Below are positions 61,727 through 64,000 of a DNA stretch of 64,000 nt, piece by piece; the stretch's first letter is position 1, and every line of letters begins with the position of its first letter. A model generated the notes under the pieces. It ran no database searches, was not told the DNA's origin, and saw only the letters and a list, made by a program, of their open reading frames with translations. The position numbers and the translations under genes are program-made. The stretch lies in the NCBI GenBank assembly GCA_021818465.1, contig JAKAEA010000001.1, forward strand, positions 311,712 to 375,711, given 5' to 3'. This stretch comes from a bacterium (GTDB taxonomy: Bacteria > Patescibacteriota > Minisyncoccia > Phycocordibacterales > JAKAEA01).

Positions 61727-62713
61727 TCAGGCCAGATACACCAGACCACCAGAAATTTTTATAGTATCAGATACTTCGAGGAGTGTTATAGCTATATTAC
61801 CGCGGCTGGTAGACAGGGCGGCGTACTCAATGAGTTCATCTGTACGTATAGGGCCTCGTTCTATGAGTACGGCAAGAATGGCACGTTCGTCGGGTGTGGC
61901 GGTAGGAAATCGGCCGGCGAGCGCAATTGAATCTTTGACGGCAAACAGTTCTAAGGTTTTTGTACTGTTCTTTTTGGTGTTGGTGTGTGGATGAGGCGGT
62001 GGTTGGGGTGGTGGCGCTAGGTCAAGCGCGTCAATAATATCAGCGGCACTGGTGACTAATCGTGCCCCTTGCGCAAGAAGGTAATGTGGTCCAGCAGTAT
62101 GTTGCGAAAAAATTGAGCCAGGTACAGTCAGTACATCACGATTGTAATCAGTGGCAAGACGAGCGGTAATCATCGTACCGCTTTTTTGCTCGGCTTCAAT
62201 AATGAGCACTGCATGACTCATGCCGGCCATTAACCGGTTGCGTTGCGGGAATGATTCGGGTCGAGCGCGCTGGTCGGGCAAAAATTCAGAAAGGAGCGCT
62301 CCGCCGGCCGCTATAATTTTCTGTGCTAATTTTTGGTTGGCGCGCGGATAGAGTACCTGATCGTCTAAACCAGAACCGGGCCAGGCTATTGTTACTAAGC
62401 CGCTATCTACAGCACTTTGATGAGCGAGGGCGTCTATACCCAGCGCGAGGCCGGAAACGATGACAATACGGCTAGAGCCATCGCTGCGGCGTCGTTGGGT
62501 CTGACGGGCTAATCCGCCAATAAGCTTTTGGCACACGTCGTGACCATAGTGACTGTAGCTACGTGAGCCAACGACACATAAAAGTTTGGCATCGGAGCGC
62601 GGGAGCGTGCCGCGCACAAAAAGTCGCGTGGGCGGATCATCTATTTCTCGCAGAAGTGCCGGAAATTGTTCTGGAGTGATTTCGTATATTTCTTGTCGCA
62701 TACTGTAATACAT
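61727..62713 (-). CDS. dprA: DNA processing protein A (DprA/Smf)
   Basis: Rossmann-like DprA core (CVVGSRSYSHYG, IVSGLALGIDALAHQ), C-terminal winged helix. Confidence 0.8.
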   Translation of the reverse strand: MYYSMRQEIYEITPEQFPALLREIDDPPTRLFVRGTLPRSDAKLLCVVGSRSYSHYGHDVCQKLIGGLARQTQRRRSDGSSRIVIVSGLALGIDALAHQSAVDSGLVTIAWPGSGLDDQVLYPRANQKLAQKIIAAGGALLSEFLPDQRARPESFPQRNRLMAGMSHAVLIIEAEQKSGTMITARLATDYNRDVLTVPGSIFSQHTAGPHYLLAQGARLVTSAADIIDALDLAPPPQPPPHPHTNTKKNSTKTLELFAVKDSIALAGRFPTATPDERAILAVLIERGPIRTDELIEYAALSTSRGNIAITLLEVSDTIKISGGLVYLA

Positions 62714-62791
62714 ATCGCACTAACGCTCAAAAAAATCTGAAGCATTGTCCCCGTTTTGTGGTATACTTTTCTTACTATATACATACCCACT

Positions 62792-64000
62792 ATGCTGGAC
62801 ATAAAATTCATTCGAGAAAATAAAGAGCTCATCGCTATGGCGGCCCAAAAGAAGCACATTGATTTTGATGTGGACAAACTTATCGCCGTCGACGATATGC
62901 GGCGAAAAATCATGGCTGAGGTGGAGAAAAAACGAGCTGAGCAAAATGCTGCGTCCGATGCTATTGCTCGAGCACAATCACCAGAGGAGCGAACACGACG
63001 CATTGCTGATATGCAAGAGCTCAAGAAACAGTTGCAGAAACAAGAGGAGGAGCTCAAACCTATTATAAAAGAGTGGCAACAGCGTATGGTGCAGGTACCT
63101 AACATCCCTGACATTTCCGTGCCAGAAGGTGAGAGCGATCGTGATAATAAAGAAGTTAAAACCTGGGGTGATAAACCACATTTTTCTTTTACGCCCAAAT
63201 CACACCTAGAGCTTATGACTGCACTCAATATTGTTGATTTTGAGCGTGGCACCAAAATTGCCGGCTTTCGAGGTTATGTTCTTAAAAATGACGGCGCATT
63301 GCTCTCGTTTGCTATTTGGCAGGCAGCGATGGATCATTTTCTGGCTAATAACGACGGTGGGGAATTTGTGCCAATGATTGTGCCATCGCTGGTGAAGCGC
63401 GAAAATTTTATTGGCACTGGCTACTTGCCGCAAAGTGAAGAAGATTTATATGTCACGCAAGACGGCGACTTTTTGGCGGGCACGGCCGAAGTAGCGACGA
63501 TGGGGTATCATGCGGACGAAATTTTAGAAGCAGCAGCACTGCCGAAAAAATTTCTCTCATTTTCGCCGTGTTTCCGCCGCGAAGCTGGCAGCCACAGTAA
63601 AGATGTTAAAGGTCTCATTCGTGTGCATGAATTTTTTAAACTGGAGCAAGTCGTATTGTGTGCAGCAAGTCATGAAGAGTCGGTACAGTGGCACGAAGCA
63701 CTGAATCGTACCACCGAGACATTTATTGAAAAGCTTGGTATCCCGTATCGCACCGTTGTCAATTGTGGCGGTGACCTTGGTCTTGGTCAGGTAAAAAAGT
63801 ATGACATTGAATTGTGGGTGCCGGGTGAAAAAACCTACCGAGAAATCAGCTCAGCGTCGTACTTTCATGACTTTCAAGCACGTCGTCTAAATATTCGCTA
63901 CCGTGACGCTGAAGGCAAACTTCGCTATGTGCACTCGCTCAATAGCACAGCGATTCCTACGCCACGCATTCTCGTGTCACTTGTGGAAAATTTTCAGCAA
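62792..64000 (+). CDS. serS: Serine--tRNA ligase (3' partial, runs off window)
   Basis: N-terminal coiled-coil arm (MLDIKFIRENKELI), class II motifs incl. FRREAGSHSKD..GLIRVHEF; no stop before window end. Confidence 0.85.
   Translation, partial: MLDIKFIRENKELIAMAAQKKHIDFDVDKLIAVDDMRRKIMAEVEKKRAEQNAASDAIARAQSPEERTRRIADMQELKKQLQKQEEELKPIIKEWQQRMVQVPNIPDISVPEGESDRDNKEVKTWGDKPHFSFTPKSHLELMTALNIVDFERGTKIAGFRGYVLKNDGALLSFAIWQAAMDHFLANNDGGEFVPMIVPSLVKRENFIGTGYLPQSEEDLYVTQDGDFLAGTAEVATMGYHADEILEAAALPKKFLSFSPCFRREAGSHSKDVKGLIRVHEFFKLEQVVLCAASHEESVQWHEALNRTTETFIEKLGIPYRTVVNCGGDLGLGQVKKYDIELWVPGEKTYREISSASYFHDFQARRLNIRYRDAEGKLRYVHSLNSTAIPTPRILVSLVENFQQ

Overview
This 64 kb window is a compact bacterial chromosome segment that looks like a reduced-genome (Patescibacteria/CPR-like) organism. 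The evidence is short housekeeping proteins (IF-2 520 aa, SMC 764 aa, ThrRS without a TGS domain), tRNAs partly lacking encoded CCA, sortase and pilin genes, and roughly 45% GC. The organism assignment is an inference.

Housekeeping genes present: rbfA-infB, a cysteine desulfurase, clpB, L33, rarA, a PheS-like gene, gyrB, thrS, dnaE, rnhB, L32, nusB (fused to a Nudix domain), rnc-smc, rnr, rpsP-KH-trmD, miaA, parB, topA, dprA, serS, and five tRNAs (Leu-TAA, Cys-GCA, Tyr-GTA, Trp-CCA, Leu-CAA).

Accessory and unusual content:
- 11.4-15.6 kb: a small-protein island with a tandem paralog pair, two zinc-ribbon proteins, a secreted Tyr/Asn-rich protein and a repeated intergenic element of about 140 nt.
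- 21.3-23.1 kb: a sortase next to a Tyr/Pro-repeat surface protein carrying an 84-bp tandem DNA repeat.
- 29.0-30.0 kb: a GC-rich orphan gene.
- 41.1-42.1 kb: a PEP-CTERM protein.
- 45.7-48.5 kb: an ECF sigma / anti-sigma / PKD-FN3 secreted protein module.
- 48.7-60.9 kb: a GC-rich defence island (about 60% GC). It holds a DUF3800 gene and a complete type I RM operon with two extra translationally coupled genes of unknown function: a 113-aa triple-CxxC zinc-ribbon protein between hsdM and hsdS, and an AT-rich 2-TM protein between hsdS and hsdR. These are followed by a small TM protein coupled to a DUF2726 gene, a zeta-toxin-like kinase with a coupled downstream small ORF, and three paralogous highly acidic proteins.

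The embellished RM operon and its neighbours are the best candidates for an undescribed defence system.
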